A DNA stretch of 62,114 nucleotides, counting the filler, from Hausera hauseri (Eukaryota), in assembly GCA_046269625.1 (NCBI GenBank). It is 10 parts of 10 records of this genome, joined end to end, with 100 filler letters (N's around TTAATTAATTAA, not from the genome) between each part and the next. Parts side by side here need not be neighbours in the genome. Positions count along the whole stretch, not along the records: positions 33,320 to 37,392 come from JBJURY010779871.1; positions 37,493 to 47,819 come from JBJURY010204412.1; 8 more parts are not named here. One strand, given 5' to 3'. Shown in pieces: positions 34,840 through 47,296 of the stretch. The translations under genes were made by a program, and so were the position numbers. Each line of letters begins with the position of its first letter. The first letter of the stretch is position 1. The notes beneath the pieces were generated by a model. That model saw nothing but the letters and a program-made list of their open reading frames with translations, searched no databases and was not told where the DNA came from.

Positions 34840-35610
34840 ATATTTCTTCATCGGTCACTCCATATTTGCTACATAAGAAGTCCATTTTGCAGACAAATGA
34901 CGAATTGTTCGCATAATCCATTTGCAATAGATACGACTCAACGATTACGGCAATTTCTGGTTCATTACTCAATGAAATAATTTTCCCATAAACACCAAAT
35001 GATGCAAGAATTGCCAAAATTGTCATTTCCTCTGTTATTCCTTCAATCATTGCTCGTAAATAGTATTTCCCTTTCAACAAATTACTAAAATGAAATTTCC
35101 CATCATTATTCATGAACGTATTTTGACTGAAATTATCACTAATCATCGACAACAAAATACCCGACACCGATTTACCCGTATTGTTATCTACGACAGTCGC
35201 AATCAATTCTGCTAATTTGTATGCTGTGTATTTGTGTGATTCGCCTATCTGGACGAATTTGTATCCGGGTTTCATAAAGACGAGTTTGTATTTGCCGACA
35301 TTCGGTAAACAGATTTTCGATAATCCTCTGGGGATCTGTAATAAATCAATAAACAATTTTGAGTTGTCGTTTTTAGCGATATAATAATAATAAATATTGA
35401 CGAGATGAGATGGCGAAATGGGCAGCGAGAATCCAATTTTCTCAAATACAAGACCCAAGTCGACATCCTCATCAATTATTGTCGGGGCAATATGCATTTT
35501 ATTCCAGCACCAACGATCATTAATAAGTGGTATATTACTACTACTAGGTGTTAATTCAATTTGATAATTAGTTGGTATAACATTAAAGAGGATTACCTGC
35601 ACGGACAAAA
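34840..35610 (-). pseudogene. Nodal modulator (NOMO)-like host gene fragment with internal deletions, interrupted by the retroelement
   Basis: DRWCWNK; GLSKICLPNVGKYK; YTAYKLA...SGILLSM...GKFHFSNLLKGKYYLRAM; VYGKIISLSNEPE; VTDEE, in NOMO1 order. Confidence 0.7.
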
Positions 35611-37569
35611 GATAATGTTCTAACGTTAAAACTTATTGTCACCAAGAAAATGTCAAATATTGAGTAAGTGCAACACAAAAATTCTGATAAAAATTGTGTT
35701 AAGTTGAAACACTGCTTAACTTTGGTATACAATCAATTTCTATGGCCCCAGACTAGTCTGTCGATTGGAGCAATTTCTTATCTACAACAATGATACTCGT
35801 AGTTGATATATCTGAGTCTGGATCCAAGCTCAACTGATTGATATAAACGATTCTAAGATTGAGTGAAATGTCTAAAACGCGTCAGGAAGCGAAGAACGAA
35901 TCGGAATTCGTAACACAAGATTCACACAAAAAAGCGATAATTACGATAACATTATCAATAACCCAACGTCTTTAGTGACCTGCTAAATCAGACTGGAAAA
36001 CTTTTTGAGGTATTTGAAAACTATTTTTCCGTGGAAATCGTGACGTCGATTTCGATAAAATCTCAAAGGGGTTCTGTAAATTTTGGTATCCACAAAATGT
36101 GAGGTAAAACACTACCGGCAAAAGATCAGGATTTTTTTAAGGAACTTGTTGGAAATATTTCTACCTGAGCCGTTGTTTGATGAAAAGTACCCAACGACTT
36201 TTTGCAGATGTTGATGACTTGATAACAACAAATTTTCCTGAATGTTCAAGTCACAATCAATGCATGTTTCATTAGATTCTTTGACTTGCCGTTAATACGG
36301 ATAATTATCTTGATATTGTTCTTGTTATTTCCCTATTGTTTCAAAAACGTTCATTGGAAGATCGATGCGATTGTAACTGAATTTCCACGAGTCCATTGCA
36401 AGAATTACCCGATTGACGTAGATTGCTGATGTTTGCAAATAGGAATATAATGGACTTGCCAATTGAAATTTATTGAGATTGCTCAAAACGACAAGACCGA
36501 GACTGATTCGTCTTTGATTGATAAACGAACTATTTAATTTACTGCCTATAGAATTTATTGTGTTTAGAAAGGGAACGGTCTTCAGAATTATTCCCCATAG
36601 ATAACTTTAGGAAATGTTCCGCACACGACGATAAATCTTCATTGATTCTGAATCCTGTAAACGAGACAGATTCTAATTTGTTGTTTCTGTAAGTACTACC
36701 AATACTGTTACACTCTTCACTGCTTGATGAGTTGAATGAAGCATTTAACCACTTTGGATTTAATAAATGATCACATGGAATTAAATATCTGATTCGATGC
36801 GTAGTTTGAAATTTAAGCTACTTCTAGATGAAGACGTGTTGATGGACTTGACACAGGAAATTTCTTCTAGATAAGGTACAGAATTATCGTTGCTCGCATC
36901 CGTTCGCCTCATATCACAGCTTAATCAAATCGTAGGTGTGATTTTCGAGTGATCTTACATTGTTGATGCAAATTAAAACATCGTAAAATAAATTTTAGAG
37001 GCGGAAGATCGGGGCGCGCCTATGGGCCCGACGCGGCGGCGGCGGACTCCCGGCCGTGTCCAATCAAATAGGCCAGAGGGCGCCGGCCTCTGTGGGCACC
37101 ACATATAACATTAAAGAGGATTACCTTTATAGGTATATCCGAATGGTACAGATTTTTCTGACACCATTTATTATGTCTTTCGCATGAAACTTTCAAGTGA
37201 TTGAGATATTTAATTGATTCTGGTAAGAAATAATACCTAAACGGAATTTCCGCAACACGTTCACATTTATTTCTGGTAGATAACACTTCATCTTCCACAA
37301 TACCGTCAATTAGACTTATGTATTTGTTCTTGATCAATTTACACAAATCCGGCAGTTGATCAGCATACGGATACCGATTGAGTGATTTCAATNNNNNNNN
37401 NNNNNNNNNNNNNNNNNNNNNNNNNNNNNNNNNNNNTTAATTAATTAANNNNNNNNNNNNNNNNNNNNNNNNNNNNNNNNNNNNNNNNNNNNACAGGTTT
37501 GAGCCACTGAGCAAGTGCGACCGCTCATTCCCGAACGATGCTACCACTCCTGATCTCCCCAGATCCCCC

Positions 37570-38903
37570 TATATAAGAAGTTAAGAAGAAGAGCTCTTCT
37601 TCTGCAACGCAATCATTTTTTATATAGATAGATTCCTTATTTTTCTGCAACCTAAGCATTTTTCATCATCATCATTTTTTTCATCATCATCATTCGTTTG
37701 ATATCGTGTGTAGTTAGTTAGGGGCTATGGGCTATGGCTACAGTAAAGTTATATAAGGAAAAAAGTTAAGAAGAAGGGTTCTTTTTCTGCAATGTCAGCA
37801 TTTTTCTTTTCATCCTCATCATTCTTTTGATGACGTAATTACATTTTTTCGATGGGCAGATAACATAGGTGGATAATAGTAAGGGGTAGGGGTGATGGCG
37901 CGGGGTGGTAGTGATGTTAGCATGTACCTAATAAGGTTTTATTAGCTATTAGTGACCAAGACCTTCCGTCAACTCCATTAGATATATTTAAGTAAGTAAA
38001 TATTTGTATAGGTATTTATATAGTTAGATACACCCTCCTCGTTGTTGACGACATATATAGGTAGTAGATGATGTATACACCATCATCATCATCATTCTTT
38101 TTCATGATATCATCGTCTTGATAACGTAATTTCCTTTTTCTTTAGTAAGACGTGTGGAGTAAGGGGTGATGGCATGGTGGCGTATTATGTTTTTATAGTA
38201 AGTTAGGTACTAGATGATGTATACACGATCATCATCATTCCTTTTTTGATGACGTCAGCATCTTGATGACGTAATATAGTTATTAATGTAGAGTGACTTC
38301 TTTTCTTATTGTAGTAAGGGTGATGGAGCAGGGGTGGCGTGTTATGTGTAGAACCACCCTGTCGTATAAGGGTAGTGTTAGTGACCAAGACATTCCGTCA
38401 TCTCCATTAGATATATTTAAGTAAATATTTTATAGGTATTTATGTAGTTTGATACACCGTAATCAATGTTGATGACATGTCTAGATAGTAGATGATGTAT
38501 ACACCATCATCATCATTATTTTGGTGACATCAGCATTTTGAATACGTAATTTTCTTTTTCTTTAGTTAGACGTGGAATTATGTCGAGTAAGAGGTGATGG
38601 CATGTTGTGTTTTTGTAGTAAGTAAGGTAGTAGGTATACACCATCATTCTTTGTGATGACGTCATCGTCTTAATGGCGTCATATAGCTGTTTATGTAGAA
38701 TAAAGGGCGATGGGTCGGGGGTGAGGTGTTGTGTACGCATCAGGTTCCCTGTTGCATAAGGGTAGTGTTAGTAATCAAGACCTCCCAACACCTCCATATT
38801 CTCTAGTTTAGTTCTTAGATGTAGGAGTCTGTAGACCTTGAAGGCATTGCCGAGGACCCGATCGAGGCTTGTTTGCTTGCAGACTGCCGTGGCACCATTC
38901 GGT
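37570..38903. repeat. Left TIR (outer end missing), containing internal ~420-bp repeats
   Basis: Reverse-complement match to 45808-47190, e.g. gttcttagatgtaggagtctgtagaccttg vs caaggtctacagactcctaaatctaagaac. Confidence 0.88.
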
Positions 38904-39370
38904 AACTAAAAAGTAAAGATACAAGGACACCAAAACTACAACATAAAGACTTTTTTTTATTTTTACATTTTTATTTGCATAAGTATATAGGAAAAAAATT
39001 TTTTCAAAGTTGTTAAATGTTCTAATTTTAGTCTTTTGGTTGGTCTTTTTCGAAAGTCGGTCAAAGGTATGTACTGAAGAAAGGAGGTTTTTCGAAGGGC
39101 TCTCAATTGTAGGGGCTCGGATTAGTCATGAACCGATACACGTAACTGTTCTTCAGACGTGATTTGCGGAGCGATCGAAAGTTGAAACAAAGGTCTGAAC
39201 GAAAGGGTTCGATGGGCTTTGCGTAGATTCGTCAAAGTTCTGTAACGGGTGGGTTTCTCTTGAATTATCAGCCAATGCCATAATATTCTGCAGAGGTTCA
39301 GTTTCCGTGGCTACATCGGTACACGGTTCTCGTTCTGGAACATCCTTTGGTTCTGTTGTTATCTATTTGA

Positions 39371-39580
39371 CTATTTGACGGCAGATAAAATATCACTTTG
39401 CGAGGCGACGAGTTGTTCAAACTCTTCGTATATGAGCGAGATACCTGTTTTCATTGGGTACTTTTTGTTGCTTTCGCCAAGGTATCTTCTAATGTGTATC
39501 AACATTCTGTTACTATATGGAGAAATGGTAACCAATTTCGCCGGCCCTATCGGTTTTGCCAGCACAGCTTCACCCGTCAT
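39371..39580 (-). CDS. PC4-like ssDNA-binding protein
   Basis: VTISPYSNRMLIHIRRY...PMKTGISLIYEEFEQL matches the PC4 consensus. Confidence 0.75.
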   Translation of the reverse strand: MTGEAVLAKPIGPAKLVTISPYSNRMLIHIRRYLGESNKKYPMKTGISLIYEEFEQLVASQSDILSAVK

Positions 39581-39719
39581 GTAAACGTTGTTGTCAATTC
39601 GTGTATTTTTTGAAACAGAAAGATGCCCGGGCGTGTGAGTCGCTTATATACCATTATAACCGATTTCGCCAGCTTTTATTAAGTTATAGTTATTTATAGA
39701 ACAAATTCAAGTCTGTAAC

Positions 39720-40168
39720 CATTGTTGGACTAGGCGCCAACGAGCCTATCGTTGGCGTGCTGTCTCGTAGATGTAAAGGGTATCAGGACGCGTTGCATCG
39801 ATCCCCTCTTGTTTTAATCAGGATGAAATAAATGACGTAGAGTCCACGCATGTTACTAATCATGTCTTGTAAGGGGCGCGCATTATAGATGACAGGTTGT
39901 CAGAGTTACTTTTAATAAAGGCCGCAACGTTTACGTGCAGCGGTGGAAACCCAAATGAATCAAAGTAGTGAAACGTGCCGACAACATCGTAGCACAAAGC
40001 AGCCCAATGAGTGTCATGACGATTGCTGGGATCTGTATTTACGACGAAGATTGCTGGCTTAATCGGGTCGATTCGTTTAGGTAACATATCACAGGGTAAG
40101 ACTTTGACGAGATGTTGGCGGACGAAAATGTCAGATTTTAAAATCACGTATAGCTGTCGAGTATCCAT
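39720..40168 (-). pseudogene. Adenain-like cysteine protease
   Basis: VVNTDPS...THWAAL...YFDSFG, then a frameshifted CGLY segment. Confidence 0.85.
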
Positions 40169-40189
40169 CTTTTAAGCCACAAAGTCTAG

Positions 40190-41450
40190 TAACACTTGAC
40201 GAGTCATGTTCGAGTCTTGTTCGGTGTACACCATGAGTTGTTAGGCATCTGGCGTCGGACAATTTAAACTCTAATGAAAGATGTCCGTTTTTCGCGAGTT
40301 CAAACTGATCACCGTCCAACAGACTGGGACTTAGATCGAAAGCGTAAAGGACATAACTGTTTTTAAAATTCCTGTAGACAACATCGCAGCCAGCATCCTT
40401 ACCGATCAGACCCATGGCTAGATTGGTTCCAAAGAACGCTCAGGTGTAATGTCGCAGTCAAAATCGAAAGTTAACGGCTTCCCCGTGCATGTCCGCCCTT
40501 CGTTCAAGTACCAAAATGTTGAAGTTGAACGGGTTATTTTTGTAGATACCGTTAAAGGCTGAAGAATTGACTATCCCGACCACGATGCGCGTGGGAGTGT
40601 GACTGAGGGAACGGTTATCTTGAATGTGCGACAACATCCCTATAGGAACGGACAAGGTCTTTATTACGACTCGTTTGATGGGGTATTTCGCGTTCGCTGT
40701 AGTCAAGACCTTTTCATGGGCTAGAGAGATGGCTGGATTTCACTTAGGCTTTCCTGACTACGAGTACGGCGTGCGTTATTAAAAAAAAATTATAATCGTT
40801 CGCTGGATCGTCGGCTATGAGGTTGAACGCATCCTTGGACGGGGTGAGTTTGATCTTTACGTCCATCCTGTTCAGCATGTATCGGTCTTGAACATAAATG
40901 TCACAGTGTAACGTTCCCATCATATCCATCTCTCGACTACCTGCAGCCAAATCCCTTCATGTTTTAGCCCGATGTTAGATACACCTTTAGCTTCCTCGAA
41001 AATTTTGACGTATCACTGTAAAAGACAGCCGCAGTCAAGTGATCCTTCTTGGCTTTCAGACCATAATTTAAGGTCAATTCGAGGTAAGATCTTTAAGGGT
41101 ACGTGTTTTCGTTAGGCGTGATGATCGTATCGTTCAGGGCTACGTCCACTTGTGAAAATAAACTGTGTAGGTAATTGTTGACTGAGACGACAGTTGCGTC
41201 GTCGGGTTATGTTGTTGACGTTAGCTAAAACGACTTTGGCTCTCACATGTAAATAAGTATTAAACAAATCTAGATACTCTTCGCTGTTTCCAGATATTAC
41301 AAATTCTGTGGGCACCCTGGATGCGAAAGAAGCGAGAGGGTGCATTTCTACAAACTGTCCTTCCTCTACCGCCGTTTGTGTCGGAGGAATGCTAAACAAA
41401 TCCAATCCAGAATGAAGGCATTCGAACGAGCCGGGGTGAATAAGAGACAT
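40190..41450 (-). pseudogene. Polinton major capsid protein (double jelly-roll), fragmented and partly deleted
   Basis: ECLHSGLDLFSIPPTQT; YLDLFNTYL; LHCDIYVQDRYMLN; KYPIKRV; AFNGIYKNNPFNF; LYAFDLSP. Confidence 0.85.
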
Positions 41451-41469
41451 TATTAATCAAAGATGTCTG

Positions 41470-41925
41470 AACACGGCTTCGCTCGCTTTTTCTAGGATTC
41501 GTTACGAGAAATACTCAAAGTGACCGTTGGTTTTATTCTTTTGCTAAAGGGCTCACCTCGTGGTGCGGCTTTTCTTTTACGCCGAATGAGCTACCTGATT
41601 GGTTGCCTGTCACGTGGTCAACAGCTCCTTGCAGTAGCCACTTTCTCGCCTGTTTGGCGTGGTGTCTAAAGGCTTCACCTACATTTCTACCAGCTAAAAC
41701 GTCTTGGGCGACTTGCAATCCTGTACCAATACCTTCCCTGATCATGGAATTCTCCTCCAGTCTTTAGCCACGAGAGCACCATTTGACCCAAACCGCTAAA
41801 GAAACTTCAAATCCCTCTGCCCCGTTGATGTCTACCACCGATAAATACAGGGATGCCGTATCAGGCTTGACTGCGGTAAAAGTCTTCGTATACCTCGGCG
41901 TTTGGATGCAAAGGAGTATGTCTGA
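41470..41925 (-). pseudogene. Small Gly/Arg-rich Polinton core-like protein
   Basis: FYRSQA*YGIPVFIGGRHQRGRG...TGLQVAQDVLAGRN, in its usual position just upstream of the capsid gene. Confidence 0.5.
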
Positions 41926-41954
41926 CAATCTTTACTGGAAATCAAATTTCTCTT

Positions 41955-42778
41955 CGTCCTAAAATGTAACGTCACCACCAAGGTTCCACTCATAAATGGG
42001 ATCTTTTGTCCCAGTTATTGGTTAAAAGTATTTCCACAGTATCAAAGGAAAAACGGCTCAGCGGTAGGTAATGCGGCTTGTCATAAATTCTAAACACTGA
42101 AGACAAAGTTTTATCCAAAATAGGAACAGTTCATAGTAATGGGACCATGCCATCTGCAAGGGGTCTCTTGGCTACGAGATCAGAGTATACGTACACATTT
42201 CTTTAGTTGCTGTCGAGATTCAATGGTGATTCACCTACTAGTAGTCTCAGAGTATACGTACACATTTCTTTAGTTGCTGTCGAGATTCAATGGTGATTCA
42301 CCTACTAGTAGTGACTTGTTGTCTGCGATGTGTTGGGCTCCGAACTCAGCCATGCTTCTTAGTTTTTCGCTAATATAAATTATGGCATCCTTCTCGTACC
42401 ATTCCAACATGACAGTTTTCTTGACTCTATGATAGTGGACTCTCAGTGGCGGAGGTTCAACATCCTTCACTGCTGCGGTTATCAAACAGTTCAATTCGTC
42501 CTCAGTAGCACCTGGTGAATTGTACAGCCCTAGAGGTAACTTGATTTGTAGGGGTCGTTTTTTAACATCTAAGGGTTTTCGTAATGGAGCCACCACACTT
42601 CGTCTTCTAGAACGTTAAAATAACTGGTTGGAAATTCAATTTCCACCAAACCCACTTCATAATTGGAAGTTAAGTCTATGGTTTGCGGTAGTTTTACGTA
42701 AAACTGACCGGGGGTATTGTCGGGAAATGTATTCAGTGAGACGTTGCTAGGTAGCGTCACATAGAAACTCATTGTCAT
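41955..42778 (-). pseudogene. Penton (minor capsid) paralog 2, disrupted by a 67-bp tandem duplication at 42180-42311
   Basis: MSFYVTLPSN...YEVGLVEIEFP; VYVYSDLV; HYLPLSRFSFDTVEI. Confidence 0.8.
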
Positions 42779-42864
42779 GTCTTTGGGTTCGGTAACCAAG
42801 ACAGGTCCTCGTGCACGTAACCGCAAAGGAAGGTGTCTCACCATTTGTATTGGAAAACTAGTTA

Positions 42865-43609
42865 TCACTTGGATCGAAAATGTAACATCACCACCGATGT
42901 GCCGCTCATAAATGAAATACCGTTAACTTGATCATCGATTAAAAATACCTCTACCGTATCGAAAGAAAATCTATTCAAGGGTAAGTAGTGAAGTTTGTCA
43001 TAAATCCCAAAGACGGCTCTCGACATTGTGTCCAAAATATGGACAGTTCGTATCAAAGGTACCATAACATCTCCTACGGGTCTGGCCGCCACTATATCGC
43101 AGTACACGTACACATTACGTATAAAGTTGTCCAAATTCTCCTGCAATTTTCCTAGTTGAAGAGGGTCTTTGTCTGTTATATGGGTTTTTTGAATGTCCGA
43201 GTATATTTTTCAACTTTTTGCTAATAACACTGTCTGCACACGACTCGAGCCGTTCAAGTAAAATAGTTTTCTGGGCTTTACAATAATGAATCTATAACGG
43301 CGCCGGGTCATTATCTTTTACGGGTGGGAAACAATCTGTTTAATTCTTTGAAGATACTTTCGTGGGTATTGTACAGACCACGACTTAGCGTGATTTTTAA
43401 TGCCGGCGTAATGGTGTTCTTGTGTGGAAGGAAACGTATCCACGTCGTCTTTTAAGACGTTCAAATAACAACTCTGGAATTCAATTTCCACCAACCCCAC
43501 TTCGTAATTGGTAGTTAAGTCTATGGTTTACGGTAGTTTTACGTAAAAGTTCGTTATCTGGAAACGTTTTCATTGAGGAGTTAATAGGCAGCGTCACGTA
43601 AAAACTCAT
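42865..43609 (-). pseudogene. Penton (minor capsid) paralog 1
   Basis: MSFYVTLPINSS...YEVGLVEIEF; VYVYCDIVAARPVGDVMVPLIR...LHFR. Confidence 0.8.
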
Positions 43610-43614
43610 TGTCA

Positions 43615-43875
43615 CGTCTCTACCTTTGGGTTAGGCAACATGTACCCCAGACAACTCGACAGTAGGACGATCCACAATTTTCCCTAGTATACATCACCGC
43701 TTTCTCTGGTTAGATTGAACAGTGTCCCACCAATGACGACGAATATAACCAATATCTGAGAGATGAAGACGACCTCGTCTCGAGGAAGTAGCTTACAAAA
43801 CCATAACGATGCTGATCTCTGTCTTGGTTCTACATCAAAAACTATAGTTTCCACAGCGGCTTCTTCTTCCAACAT
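43615..43875 (-). CDS. Small Polinton membrane protein
   Basis: VVFISQILVIFVVIGGTLFNL hydrophobic segment between integrase and penton. Confidence 0.5.
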
Positions 43876-43889
43876 ATTAGTCTTTATAT

Positions 43890-44915
43890 CTCGAAATATG
43901 TTTGCTCGAAATCCAACTGTTGAATCATGAATTATAACCGAACCATTTCACTAAATATTCTTTACCTCGTGCTGTTCGCCTTTCTCGTATACTGCTTTTG
44001 ATTCGGTAAACTTGTTTGTCACTGACTTTCTGTAACTCTTCCTTGTAAAACGCACCTCACAGTTGCTCGCCACTATCATCTTTCAACACATAAGTTATTG
44101 GACTCGTCGCATTTACATGAGACACGGTAAACAGTTCTTCTGTCCACGCTGGAGTATAAGCTTTTTTAAAAGTCTGAGGCAGACGCGGTCCCCTTCAGTA
44201 AACGCTTGTCTGCCAACGGCGTGGTTCTCTGAATACAAAGTATTCCACACAACGTCTTGGTTATCCAAATTTACTTGCGCAGGAGCCATGCGAGTACTTC
44301 TGTGATATGAATGGTTGCAATTTAGAAGCAAATTGTCTAGCACGTCGATGTACCGAAGTCCGTTTGTTTTCGTAAAGTACTGCGACATTTTTTCTTTTAA
44401 AGTCCTGTTAAAGTGCTCCATCACCACAGCCTTAATATCTTCGTTTTCTGTTGTGAAGAAACGCACGCCTTGGTCTTTAAGAAACTTGAGGAATGTTTTG
44501 TTCATAAATGTGCTCCTTTTGTCGCTCTGCAGTACGGTGGGCTTACGTTGAGAAAATATTTTACTCACGGCCTTAAGGAGCTCCTTACCGGTCTTTGTCT
44601 TTATCAGAATCGCCCACGCAAATTTACTAAACACACCTATACACGTTACTAGATACGCCATCTCATCGTCGTATTTTCTTAAAGTTCTCATATCTATCAG
44701 GCCAGACTGAAACTGGTGACCGATACCCCCTGTCACGATCGGTCGCCTCTTAAACTTGCGACGAACGGGTTTACGAAGAGTATAAGCGTCTTAGTGACTT
44801 AACCATTCCTTAATTTTCTTAGGATCAATTTTGGTAGCTTTTTGTAAGGTGACTGCCCATCCGTCCGCCCCCGGTCGCTTCGGATCGTAGTAATGCTTAT
44901 GTAAAATATGGTTTA
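43890..44915 (-). pseudogene. Polinton retroviral-like integrase with C-terminal chromodomain
   Basis: YLVTCIGVFSKFAWA; LQSDKRSTF; KAVVMEHFNRTLK; YLVKWFGY...NSWI. Confidence 0.88.
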
Positions 44916-45224
44916 CGCATTTACCCATGTTTCCCAGTTGGGCGTGTTGGTTTCCTTATGCCGTTTCCGCAGCTTACGAGACATGGGTATTCCCGACTTC
45001 CTTTTAGCAGCAGAAGGTGGCGACTCAGGAAGTTTGTTAACAGGCGATTGAGGCGTTTTAGCTATGACTTCTTCTTTAAGTACCGTCGGAGAGATGTTCT
45101 CGGTGACTCGAGGCCGGTCCTTGATATCCATTACCCCTAGAGATTTATGTCTGTTCTGTTCGACCCGAAGCAAATAATGCTGCAATGTTTGTTGATACAA
45201 TCTGGCTTTGTTGCGCGCATGCAA
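44913..45224 (-). CDS. Polinton hypothetical protein
   Basis: Same-strand ORF (KARLYQQTLQHYL) abutting the integrase start. Confidence 0.4.
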   Translation of the reverse strand: MHARNKARLYQQTLQHYLLRVEQNRHKSLGVMDIKDRPRVTENISPTVLKEEVIAKTPQSPVNKLPESPPSAAKRKSGIPMSRKLRKRHKETNTPNWETWVNA

Positions 45225-45699
45225 ATCTTCTCTTTACAAGACTTGTTGCATTTCGTTATCTAAAGAAGGCAAGTTATCACTCAGGGCGCCCGGTGGCACG
45301 TTTTACCTTTGGTTCATAGTTTCTAACAACTTGCGGGTCCATCAAAATCATTTTCCTAGCCATGTCTTGAAATCCCAGCACGTCTTTCAGCACGCTCACT
45401 ATTGGTCCCGATAAAGCGCCTATGAATCTGCCTTGTGGTCATCATCATCATCATCATCATTATCATCAGGTGCCGTGCTGCGAAGCACAGGCTGTCATGG
45501 ATCTCCTCCTCTCGCGATTCCTGGTATTTCCAATCATCTCTGCTGTTGACCTACTTCCGAGCCATTCTTTCAAACTATCCAGATACTTTGTTCTTTGCTG
45601 ACCTGGTATTTTGCCTGTGGTGACCAAGTTCTCCAGACCTTCTCTTCTTTAAACATGACCATTCATAGATGCTTGTCTCTTTCTGATCTTACAGATAAC

Positions 45700-45756
45700 G
45701 CTACTGGTCGGTCCCGCGATAAGGGCTGTAAAGGGATATTTCCACCGAGGATCCAT
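45700..45756 (-). pseudogene. Packaging ATPase N-terminal stub, cut within Walker A
   Basis: MDPRWKYPFTALIAGPT followed by unrelated sequence. Confidence 0.6.
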
Positions 45757-45807
45757 ACTTGACAATGTTATATTCCTATGACCCCTTATAAATTTATACT
45801 TTAAACT

Positions 45808-47296
45808 GAATGGTGCCGCGGCGGTCTGCAAGGAAACAGGTTTCGAGCAGTTCCCTGATGATGCCTCCAAGGTCTACAGACTCCTAAATCTAAGAACTAA
45901 GCTAGGGGGAAATGGATGTGTTGGAAGGTCTTGATCGCTAACACTACCTTTATACAAGAGGGCACCTGATGCGTACACAACACCTCACCCCGGTCCCAAC
46001 ACCCTTTATTCTACATAACGAAATTACATAAATAGCTATATGACGCCATCAAGACAATCACGTCTTCAAAAAGTGATGGTGTATACCTACTACCTTACTT
46101 ACTATAAAAACACAACACGCCATCACCCCTTACTCCACATAATTCCACGTCTAACTAAAGAAAAAGAAAATTATGTATTCAAGATGCTGACGTCACCAAA
46201 AGAATGATGATGATGGTGTATACATCGTCTACTACCTGTACATGGCAACAACATTGATGACGGTGTATCTAACTACATAAATACCGATAAAAATATTTAC
46301 TTAAATAATCCAAAGAAGGTGACGGAAGGTCTTGGTCACTAACACTACCCTTATACGACAGGATGGTACTACACATAACACGCCACCCCTGCTCCATCAC
46401 CCTTACTACAAATAAGAAAAGAAGTTACTCTACATAAATAACTATATTACGTCATTAAGATGCTGACGTCATAAAAAAGAATGATGATGATGGTGTATGC
46501 ATCATCTAGTACCTAACTTACTGCAAAGACATAACACGCCACCATCCCATCACCTCTTACTCGAAATAATTCCAAGTCTTACTAAATAAAATGGAAATTA
46601 CGTCATCAAGACGATGTCGTCATCCAAAAAATGATGATGTTGATAGTGTATACATCATCTACTACCTATATATGTCATCAACAATGATGAGAGTGTATCT
46701 AACTACATAAATACCTATGCAAATATTTACTTACTTAAACATATTTAATGGAGTTGACGGAAGGTCTTCGTCACTAATAAATAATAAAATATTAGGTACA
46801 TGATAACATCACCACCACCCCCGCCTCATCACCCCTACCCCATACTATTTCCACCTATGTTATCTACCTATACAAAACAAAATTTAATTACGTTATCAAA
46901 AGAATGATGATAATGAAAAGTAAAAGAATGATGGTGATGAAAAGAAAAATGCTGACATTGCAGAAAAAGAATCCTTTTTCTTAACATTTTTCCTCATATA
47001 ACCTTACCGTAGCCAGAGCCCCATAGCCCCTAACTAACTACACACGACATCAAAAGAATGATGATGATGAAAAAAGAACAATGATGATGAAAAGAAAAAT
47101 GGTGAGATTCCAGAAAAAATATGGAATCTAACTACATAAAAATTTTTTACCTTGCATAAAAACAGCTCTTCTTCTTAACTTCTCATATAACCTTACCGTG
47201 GGTGGCGTCATGAACGCCACCCATAATATTTCCTTATATAAACCATTTGACGCCACCCTGAAAATATGATTACAGCGTGCACCACATACTACTACT
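45808..47296. repeat. Right TIR with intact terminus
   Basis: Inverse of 37570-38903; ends in actactact (5'-AGTAGTAGT on the minus strand), the Polinton terminal repeat. Confidence 0.88.

Larger units (their letters stand above)
37570..47296 (-). mobile_element. Polinton/Maverick (adintovirus-like) element, degenerate, lacking PolB
   Basis: Long TIRs, an AGTAGTAGT terminus at 47296, and integrase, penton, major capsid, cysteine protease and ATPase remnants. Confidence 0.88.

Noticed and set aside
34679-35608. 309-aa ORF as a real NOMO fusion protein
   Set aside because: The C-terminal ~50 aa are read-through into the adjacent retroelement LTR-like sequence.
35900-37000. Possible hAT-like transposase relic
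   Set aside because: Only vague resemblance and no alignable motif I can support.
38203-38740. ORFs within the Polinton TIR
   Set aside because: They arise from low-complexity (gat/cat) repeats and have no recognisable motifs.
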